The notes beneath the pieces are model-generated. The model did no database searches and was not told the DNA's origin. It saw only the letters and a list, made by a program, of their open reading frames with translations. DNA of 63,129 nucleotides, counting the filler, from Reclinomonas americana ATCC 50394 (taxonomy: Eukaryota): assembly GCA_048213135.1 (NCBI GenBank). It is 13 parts of 13 records of this genome, joined end to end, with 100 filler letters (N's around TTAATTAATTAA, not from the genome) between each part and the next. Parts side by side here need not be neighbours in the genome. Positions count along the whole stretch, not along the records: positions 35,772 to 48,224 come from AFZH01018424.1; positions 48,325 to 53,302 come from AFZH01018425.1; positions 53,403 to 57,408 come from AFZH01018426.1; 10 more parts are not named here. One strand, given 5' to 3'. Below, one piece after another: positions 39,901 to 54,328 of the stretch (the first letter of the stretch is position 1; each line of letters opens with the position of its first letter). Position numbers and translations under genes: made by a program.

Positions 39901-42083
39901 CGTGAGCGAGGAAGAGAGAAAGACACAAAGGAGTGGAAGGACGACAACGGTGTGAAGGCACACGGGAGGCGGGTGTTGGGACGTAGGTTGCAATGCTCAC
40001 AATGTGTGAGCGAGGAAGAGAGAAAGACGTAAAGGAGTGCAAGGACGACAACGGTGTGAAGGCACACGGGCGGTGGGTGTTGGGACGTAGGTTGCAATAC
40101 TCTGGGTGTGTGAGCGAGGAAGAGAGAAAGACATAAAGGAGTGGAAGGACGATAACGGTGTGAAGACGGGCGGTGGGTGTTGGGATGTAAGTTTGCAATA
40201 ATCTGGGTGCGTGAGCGAGGAAGAGAGAAAGAGGTAAAGGAGTGGAAGGACGACACCGGTGTGAAGACACACGGGCGGTGGGTGTTGGGACGAAGGTTTG
40301 CAATGCTCACAATGTGTGAGCGAGGAAGAGAGAAAGACATAAAGGAGTGGAAGGACGATAACGGTGTGCAGGCACACGGGCGGTGGGTGTTGGGACGTAG
40401 GTTTGCAATGCTCACAATGTGTGAGCGAGGAAGAGAGAAAGGAGAAACGCGGAGTGGAAGGACGGTGAAGATACAAGAGCACACGGTGAATGCATGAGAT
40501 TGCAGCAAAATAAGCTCGTCGGTGGAATGGGTGTGTGGGAGAGAGACAGAACGAGAGCAGCAGGACTCAAACAGTGGCGAAACGCGCGCTACAAGAGTGC
40601 CAACGTGCTCCAAAACACAAACCTGGTGGTCACACCCTCCACGGCCGAGGAAAACGTCTGGGTGGTCTTGTCGTAGCGCAGCGCCAGGTTTCCCATCCAG
40701 CAGGTTCCGCTCCATAGGCGTGTCAGAGCCACCCATGAGTGTGCCCAATCGCTACAGGGCAAGGGGCGGGTGGGTGTCACAGGAGAGAGGGGTTGGGTGA
40801 AAGAGGGGGGAATGGACGTACTGCATGCCCTGGCAGTTCGCAGGGTCGTCGGATTTTGTCTCCAGAGCGCTGTGGAGGAGGGAGTGAGTGAATCGGCGAG
40901 AGAGGGTGGCAGGGGCAGGTAAAGGAGGAGAAATGAGGGTGAACGAAAGCAAGGCACGATGCACAAGTTGAGGACACGAGTGAGGTGACAAAGGCGAGCG
41001 CAGATGAAGGCAAGTCTGTTGAAGAGAGTGCCGGATGCAAACCAAGGAAACGATCAAGAGAGAGCAAGGAAGGAGAATGAGTGGCCCATAACACGGTGCA
41101 CTTGTACGAGTGAGGGACAACTAGAGAAGACGTAGGCGCGAAACACAGATGAGGAAGGGAAGAAAGCCTTGTGACACGTGCGACAACACAGGATCGATCG
41201 TGAGCGTTCAGCGTATGAGTGACCACCCCTCGCCCGAGCAAAGGACAACCAGGGAGCATGTGAGCGCGAAACACACAGCACAATGCGCGCCATGAGGAAA
41301 GAGAACGACAGGAGACTAACTGCACACGCATTCGAGCACTCTGCATGAGCGTCTGAGGAACAAGCGAATGAGCGAATCCACCACACTCACGCACACGTCA
41401 CGCCACCACGCTGCTCCACGAGAACACAAAGACAAATCTCTTTCTCTCTCTCTCTCTGACCGCCTAAAAAATGAACAGCCGGTCCCTCGCATTCGCAAAC
41501 CCGCACTTACACACACCCCACAAGCAGCAACACACACACACAGTGCACACTCGCTGCTCCTCTCTCTCATGCACACAACACAACGACACGCAATATGATC
41601 ACACACCCAACAGGCAAGAATAGGCGTCAGTTGTCCAACCTCTCACAACGCACACACAAGTTCACATCCCTCTCTCCCCACCCCCCTCTCTCTCATTCTC
41701 TCTCTCACACACACAGCTGCTGCTACTGCTCACCTGCCAGCCAAGCCCGGCATCAACACCACAGGATTCCTCGAAAAGTTGGGATCCACATCGTTGTAGG
41801 CGAGCAGCACTCGTCGCACCGACGAAGCTGTCACTGTCTCTGTTTTCACTTGCTCGTTGTCTTCGTCTTCGTCGTGAGCGATCAGAGGGCGATTCGTCAT
41901 GCCATTGTCATCATCGCTTTCGTGATCTTCGCGCGCAGTCACGAGTGATAGCGTGGTCGTGAGTGATAGCAGGAGAAGGAGGAGCAGGAGGAGGAGGACT
42001 GGTGGTGGTGGTGTGGAGGAGGAGGAGGAGTGGGAGCGTCGTCGGTGGGGTGGTGGAGGCGTGGACCACCTTGTCGCTGACAT
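36998..42083 (-). CDS. LCAT / lysosomal phospholipase A2 (PLA2G15) family alpha/beta-hydrolase with signal peptide and C-terminal TM helix
   Basis: NPVVLMPGLAG, HAAPYDWRMSP, KVHIIGHSMG (Ser), GDGDGTVP (Asp), GVDHNSIL (His); poly-Leu signal; TM WFVIFLVLSILGVLALIGAAVI; TAA at 36998-37000. Confidence 0.9.
39500..40470. repeat. Tandem minisatellite, ~9 copies of a ~105-bp unit, within an LCAT intron
   Basis: Anchor GA(C/T)G(T/A)A(G/A)G at 39561, 39666, 39771, 39875, 39980, 40084, 40184, 40289, 40394. Confidence 0.95.
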
Positions 42084-42748
42084 CTGAAAAACAAGAAACG
42101 ATTTGGGAGTGTCCTGTGAAGTGCGTCTTCGTGGAAGGGATGTTGGAGGGTGGGAACGGGACGCTCGGTGTGAGAGTAGAGGTATAGTATTAGTGAGGGA
42201 AGTTGCGGGTGGCAACACGCTCGGTGATGGGGGGAACGGCGTCGTCAACTTCGACTTCGAATTCGCGATCGAATATTCTCGATCGGTATTTGGTCATCCC
42301 CCTTGTACAACAGTGTCCGGTTCGCCGGGTTACAACCCGATGACTACACCCGGTGCCGGCGTCAGCGAAGGTTTTTGGCGATTGCGCTTGGATCTCGATC
42401 GCGAGACACGTTGACGCTAGCGCTGCTGAGTTCGACGGAGCGCGTGCCCGGCACCATCAGGTGCACTTGGTCTGCGACGCATCTGACGACACGTACCTGT
42501 GTGCCGGTCATCGAACCTCTGTCTGCGCAGCGTGTCGTCTGATTGTCGCACGGACATTGCGGACAGATTGCCGGCAGAGCCTCGAACAGGAACCGGTATC
42601 CACAAATAGATAATAATAGAAACTTCACTGATCCATACACAACTATGAGCATCTACCAGTGATCGCCAACAAACTTTCACCGATCTTGCACCGATCCGCT
42701 GCTTCCACAACAACGAGCATCAACCAGATCGCCACCATTTATTGGTCA

Positions 42749-42794
42749 TCAAGACAGCTATTGCTTGTTTGTTGGTGAATGAATTGTTGTTGTT
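42749..42794 (+). repeat. Dispersed 46-bp element, copy 1
   Basis: TCAAGACAGCTATTGCTTGTTTGTTGGTGAATGAATTGTTGTTGTT, 45/46 identical to 58012-58057. Confidence 0.9.
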
Positions 42795-42958
42795 ATTATC
42801 CATGAGTCTAGATTTAGAACTGCGCATGCTGCTGAAACCCGGCCGCCGGGTCGCGATCTCAATCCCGGCGCCGGTACCAGATTTCAATTGCTGTTGTCTT
42901 TCCCACCACATCTGATTTTATTTTTCTCAGCGCGCACGGAGGAGGCCTTGTCGCCATC

Positions 42959-43569
42959 ATGTACAACACGTTCGTCACCAGTGCTGGCTTTGTCAGCGAT
43001 GCGTACGACTTGTTCATCATCAACCCGGTGCTGGTGACCATGAAGCAGCAATACGATCAGGTGTGCACGCGCTGCGATGTGCTTGCTTTGTTGGCAGCTG
43101 CCATGCTGTTGTTGCAAAACTTATACTCCGCACAATAGACCGACAGTGACCGCTCCCTCATCTCCAGCATGGCGTTATGGGGCGCTGTGTTGGGCCAGCT
43201 CCTGTTCGGTTTTCTGGGCGACATGCTCCCTCGGCCAAAGGTGTTTGTGGTCAGCGGCACGCTGATTACTCTGGGTGCCATCGGCAGCGCCCTCTGCTTC
43301 GACTCGCCGGCGTTTAGCATCTACCACCAGCTCGCCATCTTTCGCTTCTTGCTCGGTGTCGGCGTCGGCGCCGAGTATCCGTTGACGGCGGCCTTGTCGC
43401 ACAACCGGTCGGTGGTGTTCTCCATGCAGGGCGTCGGCTCTGTGTTGGCCCCCACCGTGGTGGTGTGTCTTCTGGCCGCTGGTGTCTCGTACGAGGCCAC
43501 TTGGCGCGTGTCTCTCGCGGTCGGCTGCTTGCCGGTGGTCGCCACAATGGTGTCGCGCTACCGCATGGT

Positions 43570-43617
<48 letters not shown>

Positions 43618-44497
43618 AATTGCAACCATTGGAGCCACTCTCTCTGACGCTCCCTCCAAAGTCAACGGAACCACCAACGCAACAGCGCATGCGGTCATTT
43701 TCCCGCGGCGAAGGACATGTTCGGATATTGGATACAATTTGTATGCCGGCGTTCGGTCGTACACGATTCCGCTCCTCGGCACCGCCATCTCGTGGTTCCT
43801 GCTCGACATCACCTTTTACGGCAATGGGCTGTTCTCTGCCCACATCATGTCGATTATCGGGCTTGCCTCCACGCCTCTCGATGCGGCTTTGAACGCGTTG
43901 GTGGTCGCGTCGCTCGGTTTGTTCGGCTATTTCTTCACCATCTGCCTGTTCTCGTCGGAACGCATCTATCGAAAGACGCTGCAGTGGGTCGGCTTCTTTG
44001 TTCTCGCAGCGCTCTACTTTGTGTTGGCTTTTGCTCTGCCTAGCATCAACATTGGGCCGTTGTTCATGTGCGTCTACGGACTCACCTTTACGTTTTCGAA
44101 CTTTGGACCGAACGGCACCACGTACATTATCCCGGGCGAGTTCTTCCCAGACAACGTCAAGACCACCTGCCACGGCATCTCGGCCGCGTGCGGCAAGGTT
44201 GGCGCCGCCGTGGCCGGCTACATGTTCCCGCCAATGCTTACGAGAATCGGCACGTACAACGTGATGGCTGTGTGTGGCGGCGTCGCCGTCGCAGGCGGTC
44301 TGTGGTCGCTCGCCTTCGTCCCGAAGTACAAGGGCATGAGTGACATTGACGAGGCACGCCGCAAGTACGAGGAGCGCTACGAGCACATGATGCTGCTGCG
44401 CGACACGGATCGCATTCAGAGGAGCTTGCTGGCGGCGCCGGCGCCGGCGACTTACGAGGATCTGGAGGGAGGATTTGTTGCGAATTCGAAGAGGTGA
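42959..44497 (+). CDS. Inorganic phosphate:H+ symporter, PHT1/PHO84 family (MFS)
   Basis: GFVSDAYDLFII, GQLLFGFLGD, FRFLLGVGVGAEYPL, VFSMQGVG, LLGTAISWFLLDITFYG, FSNFGPNGTTYIIPGEFFP, TCHGISAACGKVGA; start may lie slightly upstream. Confidence 0.9.
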
Positions 44498-44795
44498 CAG
44501 AGTAAAATACTTGTACAGCTGCAGCACCGTCGCAGATCTGGCCATGGGCCTGGGGTGATTTCGCTGCGAGACTCGATCGCGATACCGCGACGCTCCCGAA
44601 GATCAGAACTAGTGACGAGCCAGCTCCACTGCACCTCTCCACAACCTGCGAAGTAAACAAATTCCTTGCCTCACCTCTCCTCTCCTCTCCTTTCTCTCTC
44701 TTCAAAAAGCAGAGCCCGAGGCCACGCCCAAAACGGCCATCGATATCGGAAAATTACAATTCATCGCGACTCTCCCCCTCGCTCACACACCAAGC

Positions 44796-47700
44796 ATGAG
44801 CACAAACCACCACGACGGGGAGCCACCCCCCGTCACCATCGACGAACACACACCACCCCCACCCACCTCCTCCTCCCCATCATGCTGCTCCACCTGTGGC
44901 TACGCAATGCTGGCTCTCCCACTCTTTGTGCGTCCACACGTCCGATGTTCACACACTCTCCCACTCACTCACTCACTACACGCATTCGGCAAGCACAGAT
45001 CATTCGCGTGTTGCTCGCCCTTCTCCTCTTTGTGTGGTACCTTCTGCGCGGCTTGCTGCTCCTGCTGGTCGCCTTTGTGTGCCACCTCTTCTCGTGGCAG
45101 TGGCACTCCAAGGCGGTGACTGATGTACGCGACTGCATGCCACAGTCGCGGTGTGCACGTGCAGTGCTGCTCGTGCCCGCAGTGCCGGCCATCATTGTGT
45201 GGTGGGCTCTGCGTCTGTGCTTCCTCATGCTGTGGCTTGTCGTTGCGTCGTCCACAGTCGGACTTGCATGCTCGACACAAATGCAAACTCTCTCTCTCTC
45301 TCCCTCCCTGTCCACAGTTCAGCATGCTGTTGGTGATTGTGGAGGCAGTCATTGATGCCGTGCGCCACGCCTTCCGCTGCTGTCGCTGTTGCGAGCGACC
45401 GAGAAGGAGTCGTCGCACGGTGCACGATCGATTCTCAGAAGCGATTGCTGCCGACGAGGCCACTGCCAGCTCGGCCATGGATTCATCGCGCTTCAGCTTG
45501 GACGCGCGCAACCCGCTGCGTGCCAGTGTCGATAACCTCGATCTGTGTCGCACCACGCTGGTTGAGCAGCTGGCGCTGTCGATGCACGACATGAAGACGT
45601 ACCGCGGTGCTGTCGCATCGCTGGCCGAAGCGGCAGTGGATGCGGATCCCGACGAGCGGCTGGCTGCTGTCCAGCAACTCCTCGAGCAGCTGGTGCTTGA
45701 GTGCCCGTCGCCGGCCGTGCGCAGTCTGTTGCGTGCGTTGCAGGTGGTGGATGCCGGCAAGTGCTTTGCCGTCACAGTTTCGTTTCTCGGGAAGGATAAT
45801 GGCCACTCGTGAAGCTCAACAAGAGCTGCGCTCTTCCTTTGTACCAGGTGGACCCACGCTACCGCGAGGTGAACGTGTCGCTGACGGGCGGTGGCCGGCG
45901 CTTCACCAACGCGTCGCACTGGTGGACAAAATTCCGGCTCACCTGCGGTCTGCACTGGCACACCTCCTGCGCTGTGCCTCGTCAGTTCAACGACGCTCGG
46001 CATGCACTCGAGCGGGTGCATGCGCAGTACAAGGACCATCGTGTTTGTCTGCACGGACACAGCCTGGGAACCACCATGGTGTGATCTCTCACACTCTGCT
46101 CGCTCTCCCTCCTCCCGCTCCCTCTCACTCATTTTTTACCGACCAGGTCACTTGGCTGGAGAACCACGCACCAGCGGAGCCTCGGATGGATCTGTACCTG
46201 TTTGCCACCATTCGCCCGCCGCGTCAATGGCTGACGACGTCGCGTGCGGAGAGTCCAGTGCAGGTGAGTTTTTTGATCAACAGGCCTGTCTCTCTATCTG
46301 CTCACACGTCGTGCCAGTTCACCTCCTCCACTCCCACCCACCGATCGATCATCCACACCGCGGGCGCCTTGCACACCTACCCGACGCTGACTTATCAACA
46401 CACCACAAGCACTGCGCCAGCGTCCCATCGCCAGTGGCTCTCGGGTCTGGTGGCACGGCGCGACGCGTCACCTGCTGCTGCTGCTGCGACCGCCAACGGC
46501 GACGCACAGTCATTGCACCGAACAGGTGCTGTGTCTCTTTGTTGCATTCCCGCCGTGTTCTCCACTCTCAGACATTCCATCGTGCAGAACTCGATGAGGC
46601 GGAAATCAAAGTCGTGTCTCGTGTCCTTGCCAAGTCACGAGAAGCGCTCGCGGCACCCTCTCCAGATCCCACGGACGGTATCGGTACGTGCAAGCTGACA
46701 AGAAGAAGCTTGACTGCGCTCTCACTCCCTCGCGAAAAAAGTATGGACCCGCGTTGCTGGCATTCGCCAGGCACTGGAGGAGACTGTGAGCATCATCAAC
46801 GACTACAACCCCGATGCCCAGCAATGCAGCCGTCTGCAGCGCGTGATCGGCGATCTGCTACGCAGTTTGTGGCGAGGTCTGTGTCGTTACCACCCCGTTG
46901 TTCCAGCGTCAGGCAATTTATTATCTACTGCGCAGCCTTCCGCCAGCAGATGGGCGGCGACCAGAACCGCACCAAGTCTCTCGATGTGCTCGGTGGTCTC
47001 GGCGAGGTCGTCGACGATGCTTATGGTGCGAATTCTTTTTTTTTTAGTGCTTTATAAGTCGCACACTCCTTCACCTTCCCCCTTCTCCCTTCCCCCTTCT
47101 TCCCGCGGTTCCTTCGCCCTGTTCCTTCGTCTTGTTCTTCCCCTTGTCCTTCCCCCTGTTCGTTCCCCACTTTTCCTTCCCCCTTTCCCTTCCCCCTGTT
47201 CCTTCCCCCTGTTCCTTCCCCCCGGTTCATTCCCCCTTCTCCTTCCCCCTTCTCGTTCCCCCTCTCTTCCCCCTTCTCGTTCCCCCTCCTTCCCCTTCTC
47301 CTTCCCCCTTCTCTTCCCCTCTCTTCCCCTCCTTCCCCTCCTTCCCCCTTCTCCTTCCACTCTCTCCTTCCCCCTCCCCTTCTCCTTTCCCTTCCCCTTC
47401 CCCCTTCCCCTTTTCCCTCCCCTTCTCACTCCTTCTTGCAGACAAGACCGGCAACGTTGCGCGCGGCGAGTTTGCACGACGAGTTGACGATCGAGTGGCA
47501 GCTGTCGTCAGCGGAGGAGGAGCTGCGGACACAATCGGTATGCTGTTGTCGAAGTGGTCATGACAGTGAGCCACGTGCACTCCCTAACAATTCTGCACAC
47601 ACACACAGCAAGCCACCGCTTCCGACGCACCCTCATGCACTACCTCGGCGTGCACGCGTTCTGCAGCGATGGCGAGCAACAGGTATGGGAAAAGAAACAC

Positions 47701-50700
47701 CTCCTCGCCCTTACTTGCTCCTCCCTCACTTGTTGCGCCACACAGGCCACCACCATGTCAGTCGACGCCGGTGCCGAGGTCGTCACCATTCTCGAACTCT
47801 TTGACGGCGGCCAAGGTCCTTACTATGTGTCTTCCCCTCCTTGCATTGCGCCGTCTTCGTCGCGCACCTCACCTTCCACTCACAAACAGTGGCCGTCGAC
47901 CAACAACGCAAGCACGTGTTCAAACGCGCCGTGCAGCTCGGCGACATGCACCCCTCCACCGTGGATGCCCGTAGCGAACTGGCGGCACTGTTGCATTCGC
48001 GTGGCGAATTCGCCGAGGCCGAGTCTGTGCAACGGCTGGTGCTGGCACAGCGACAGCGCGTCTTTGGCGACGAGCACCCGCAAACGATTGCGGCGCGTGC
48101 GGCACTTGCACAGACGCTGTACTCGAGTGGCCAGTACCCGGAAGCTGTGGACACGCAGCGATGCGTGGTGAGCGAGCTGGAGCGCGCACTCGGCCGCGGC
48201 GTGCAGCACGCCGACGTGGCGGCCNNNNNNNNNNNNNNNNNNNNNNNNNNNNNNNNNNNNNNNNNNNNTTAATTAATTAANNNNNNNNNNNNNNNNNNNN
48301 NNNNNNNNNNNNNNNNNNNNNNNNCTGTACCGCACGCAACGCCATGGCCGCCTCCCTGCTTCCCCTCGGCTACAACACCGAGGCGGAGAGCCTGCAGCGC
48401 GGAGTGTTGGCCGAGCGCGAGCGCCTCCTCGGCAGCGACCATCCGCAGACCATTCTGGCTCGCTCACAACTCGCCTCGACGCTGGCCGCCAACGGCAACC
48501 ACGCGGAGACGGAGCAGCTGCAGCGTCGCGTGCTGGCCGACCAGGAGCGACTGCTGGGTGGCGAGCACCCGGACACCATGAGTGCTCGCAGCCAGCTGGC
48601 GCAGACGCTGCTGGCGCGCGGCAATCGCGACGAGGCCGAGGCCCTGCAGCGCCGAGTGGCGGCCGAAAGAGCTCGGATCCTCGGTGCCGATCACCCGGAT
48701 ACCATCACCGCGCGCCGTCATCTCGCCACCACGTTGCAGGCCAGTGGCAAATTTGCCGATGCCGAGCGACTGCAGAGCCAGGTGCTGGCCGACCGTGAAC
48801 GACTGCTGGGCGCCGACCACCCCGACACTGCCGAGGCGCGTGGCGACCTGGCCACACTGCTGTACACCAGTGGTCGCTACGACGAAGCCGCGGAACTGCA
48901 GGAACGCGTGCTGCTCAACCGCGAACACACGCTCGGCGCCGATCACCCCACCACCATGGCAGCACGGCAGCACTTGGCCTCCATGTACCACGCACGCGGT
49001 CAGAACGCCGAGGCCGAGAGGTTGCTGCGTCAGGTGGTGACCGATCGTGAACGCACGCTCGGCGCGCAGCACCCCGACACCATCTCCGCGCGCAGCAGTC
49101 TCGCTGCCACGCTGCAGACAGGCAAGCAGTACGAGGAGGCCGAAGAACTGGAGCGCCGCGTGCTTGCTGACCGCGAACACGTGCTGGGCGTCGACCACGC
49201 CGACACCAACAGCGCTCGCAGCAAGCTGGCGTCTACGCTCTTTGCGCGTGGCGAGTACGCCAAGGCCGAGAAGCTGCAGCGCCAGGTGTTGGCGCACGAG
49301 GAGGCCGCACGTGGCGTCGATCACCCACAGACCGTGACCGCACGAAGCCTGCTGGCCACCACGTTGCAAGCGCGTGGGGGGCACGAAGAGGCGGCGCACT
49401 TGCAGCAACAGGTGGTGGAGGATCGCGAGCGCCTGCTCGGTGTCGATCACCCGGACACGTTGGCCGCCAAGAGCCGCCTGGCCGCTCAGTTGCTGCAGTG
49501 CCGGGGCCGCGAGAGCGAGGGCGAAGAACTCTTGCAACGAGTGGCGTCGGAGCGCGAGCGCGTACTCGGCAGCGCGCACCCAGACACCGTGCGCACGCGC
49601 AGCAACCTGGCCACTGCGCTGCGCAACGGTAGCCCCGTGCGCGCACGTCAAGTGGCATCGTCGTCGTCGCCGCCGACGACGACGACAGTTCACATGGTTA
49701 ATGCCACCGCCGCTGCCACCCCCACCGCGTCGGCGCCGCCGATGAGCGAGTACGAGGACGTCTCAGTTGTCGTCGAACCGGTGCTTGAGTTTGGAGGCGA
49801 GTATGCCGAGGCGGAGGAGGTCGATCGTCGGGCGCTGGCGGAGAGCGAGCGATCACTGGGAGTGGACCATGCGGAAACCGAGCAGGCGCGCAGCAAGCTG
49901 GCGTGGACGCTGTACGCGCGCGGCAAATACACCGAGGCAGAGGAATTGCAGCGGCGTGTGTTGGCGGACCGGGAACGGCTGCTCGGTGCCGAGCACCAGG
50001 ATACGGTGGCGGCGCGCAGCAATCTTGCTGCCACACTGCGCGCCAGCGGTCAACTCGCGGACGCCGAAAAAGTGGAGCGGCGAGTGCTGGCCGATCGAGA
50101 GCAGCAGCTCGGCGCCAACCACCCGCACACGATTGCCGCCCGCAGCCAGCTGGCCTCGACGCTGTATGGCCGCGGCAAGCGCACGGAGGCCGAGCAGCTG
50201 CTGCGCCGTGTGGTAGCAGACCGCGAGCAGCAGCTCGGCGCCACCCATCCCGACACGGTGACGGCGCGTGGCAATCTGGCCTCCGTGCTCTCGCACGCAT
50301 CGTCGTCGACCTCCGAGGCCGAGACGCTGGACAGGCAGGTGCTCGCCGACCGTGAGCGCCTTTTGGGCCTCCACCATCCGCACACGCTGGTGGCGCGCAG
50401 CAACCTCGCCTCCACACTCCACCAGCGTGGCAAGTACACCGAGGCGGAGGAGCTGCAGCGCAGTGTGTTGGCCGACCTGGAGCGCACCCTGGGCGCCGAG
50501 CATCCGTCCACGGTGACTGCCCGCGGAAACCTGGCGTGGACACTGCGATCGCTCGGCTCGTATGCCGAGGCGGAGCAGCTGCAGCGACGAGTGCTTGTGG
50601 AGCGCGAACGGCAGCTGGGTGTGGAGCACCCGGCGACGGTGGCGGCGCGGAGTAATTTGGCGTGGACACTGCACGCCAGCGGTAAACTCGCCGAGGTCGA

Positions 50701-50779
50701 CGAGATCAGGAGAGCGGCGGTGGCCGAGAGAGACCGCATACACGGCGGCGGCGGTCGGGAGGGTGACGACCGACTGTAG
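44796..50779 (+). CDS. Transmembrane lipase-like (GHSLG) alpha/beta-hydrolase fused to ~20 42-aa TPR repeats; spans one gap
   Basis: Hydrophobic N-terminal helices; ARHALERVHAQYKDHRVCLHGHSLG..DLYLFAT (class-3 lipase-like nucleophile elbow); GT-AG exons lead into LGxxHPxTxxARxxLA repeats ending at TAG 50779; one exon phase near 46680-46770 not firmly resolved. Confidence 0.72.
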
Positions 50780-50807
50780 ACATTTTTTCCTTAAAAAAAC
50801 AACACTA

Positions 50808-53302
<2,495 letters not shown>

Positions 53303-53402
53303 NNNNNNNNNNNNNNNNNNNNNNNNNNNNNNNNNNNNNNNNNNNNTTAATTAATTAANNNNNNNNNNNNNNNNNNNNNNNNNNNNNNNNNNNNNNNNNN
53401 NN

Positions 53403-53946
53403 CATCGGCGGCCGATCGCCGTGCCTCGCCCGTGGGCAAGAAGGCACAGTCGCCTGCATCACACGCGCCGCCGTCTGCGGCCTCGCCGTCGACAGCCGCG
53501 TCGGGAGCCTCTGCCAGCACTCCCACTCGCTCGGCTCCCTCACCACCCGCACGTCGCCCAACGCCACCACCGGCCGGAAGCAGCCTGCGACCGAACTCGG
53601 CATCGTCGCCGAACAAGACGTCGCCCAAGATTTCGCCAAAGCCGTCGCCACGCAGCTCATCGTCGGCGATGCGAACGGGCTCCACGACCACCACCACGAC
53701 CACCACTACGTCTTCGTCAGTCAGCAACTTGCCACTGTCGCAGCGCAGCGGTGACAGCAACCCGACTGACGAGGAGAGCAACTCTGCGTTGCGTAACCAC
53801 CACCTCGTTATCCCCCTTTATTTGGTTGCTTTTTGTACTTACTTTGCTCTCTTGTGCACAACAGACGACAACGGCTGAGCAGTGGCGAGGCCAAGGTCAA
53901 GGCCCGTGAGCTGGTGGCCCTCCTCAAGTCGCGCTACGCCAAGTGA
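53403..53946 (+). CDS. 3' fragment of an unknown Ser/Pro-rich protein
   Basis: Open frame from the gap, intron from 53788, last exon RQRLSSGEAKVKARELVALLKSRYAK*. Confidence 0.55.
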
Positions 53947-54328
53947 GGGGAGTGTGTGTGACCTCTTGTGTGCGTTGAGAGGGAAGTGGCGACGGTTGCA
54001 GACGGACACCTCTCAATCGTTTGGCTCAACTTCTCTGAAGAAAAGAAAACAACAACAACAACAACCACATCTGTCGCCCCCACCACCCTTCTTGGAGCTA
54101 ATTATTCGTATTCTTTCTCTGTTGCCGGTCTTTCACAGCCGTTTCTCTTCTTCTTCTTCTTCCCCATTCTCTCATGTCTTTCCCCGTTTCGTTTTGCAAG
54201 AGCTTGTGCGAGTCTTTTTTAAAAAAAGCAGAACTTTTTTCACTCGTCCACGACAGCGGAAACCATTCCACACTTCATGTCCCGAGCGTCGCACTTGTCC
54301 TCATGCAAACCCCCCTCAATCTCGGTGA

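Noticed and set aside
39500..40470. Regularly spaced repeat as a possible CRISPR array or repeat protein
   Set aside because: Whole units repeat with no unique spacers, no cas genes, eukaryotic intron context, and frames are broken by stops and indels
42360..42500. Peptides GFWRLRLD and LVCDASD resembling Ty3/gypsy RT and RNase H motifs
   Set aside because: Different frames, only ~100 nt apart versus several hundred in real pol genes, and no YxDD motif
43175..50743. Long antisense ORFs opposite the transporter and TPR exons (and many similar ORF-track entries)
   Set aside because: Shadow ORFs expected from GC-rich codon usage; no protein motifs
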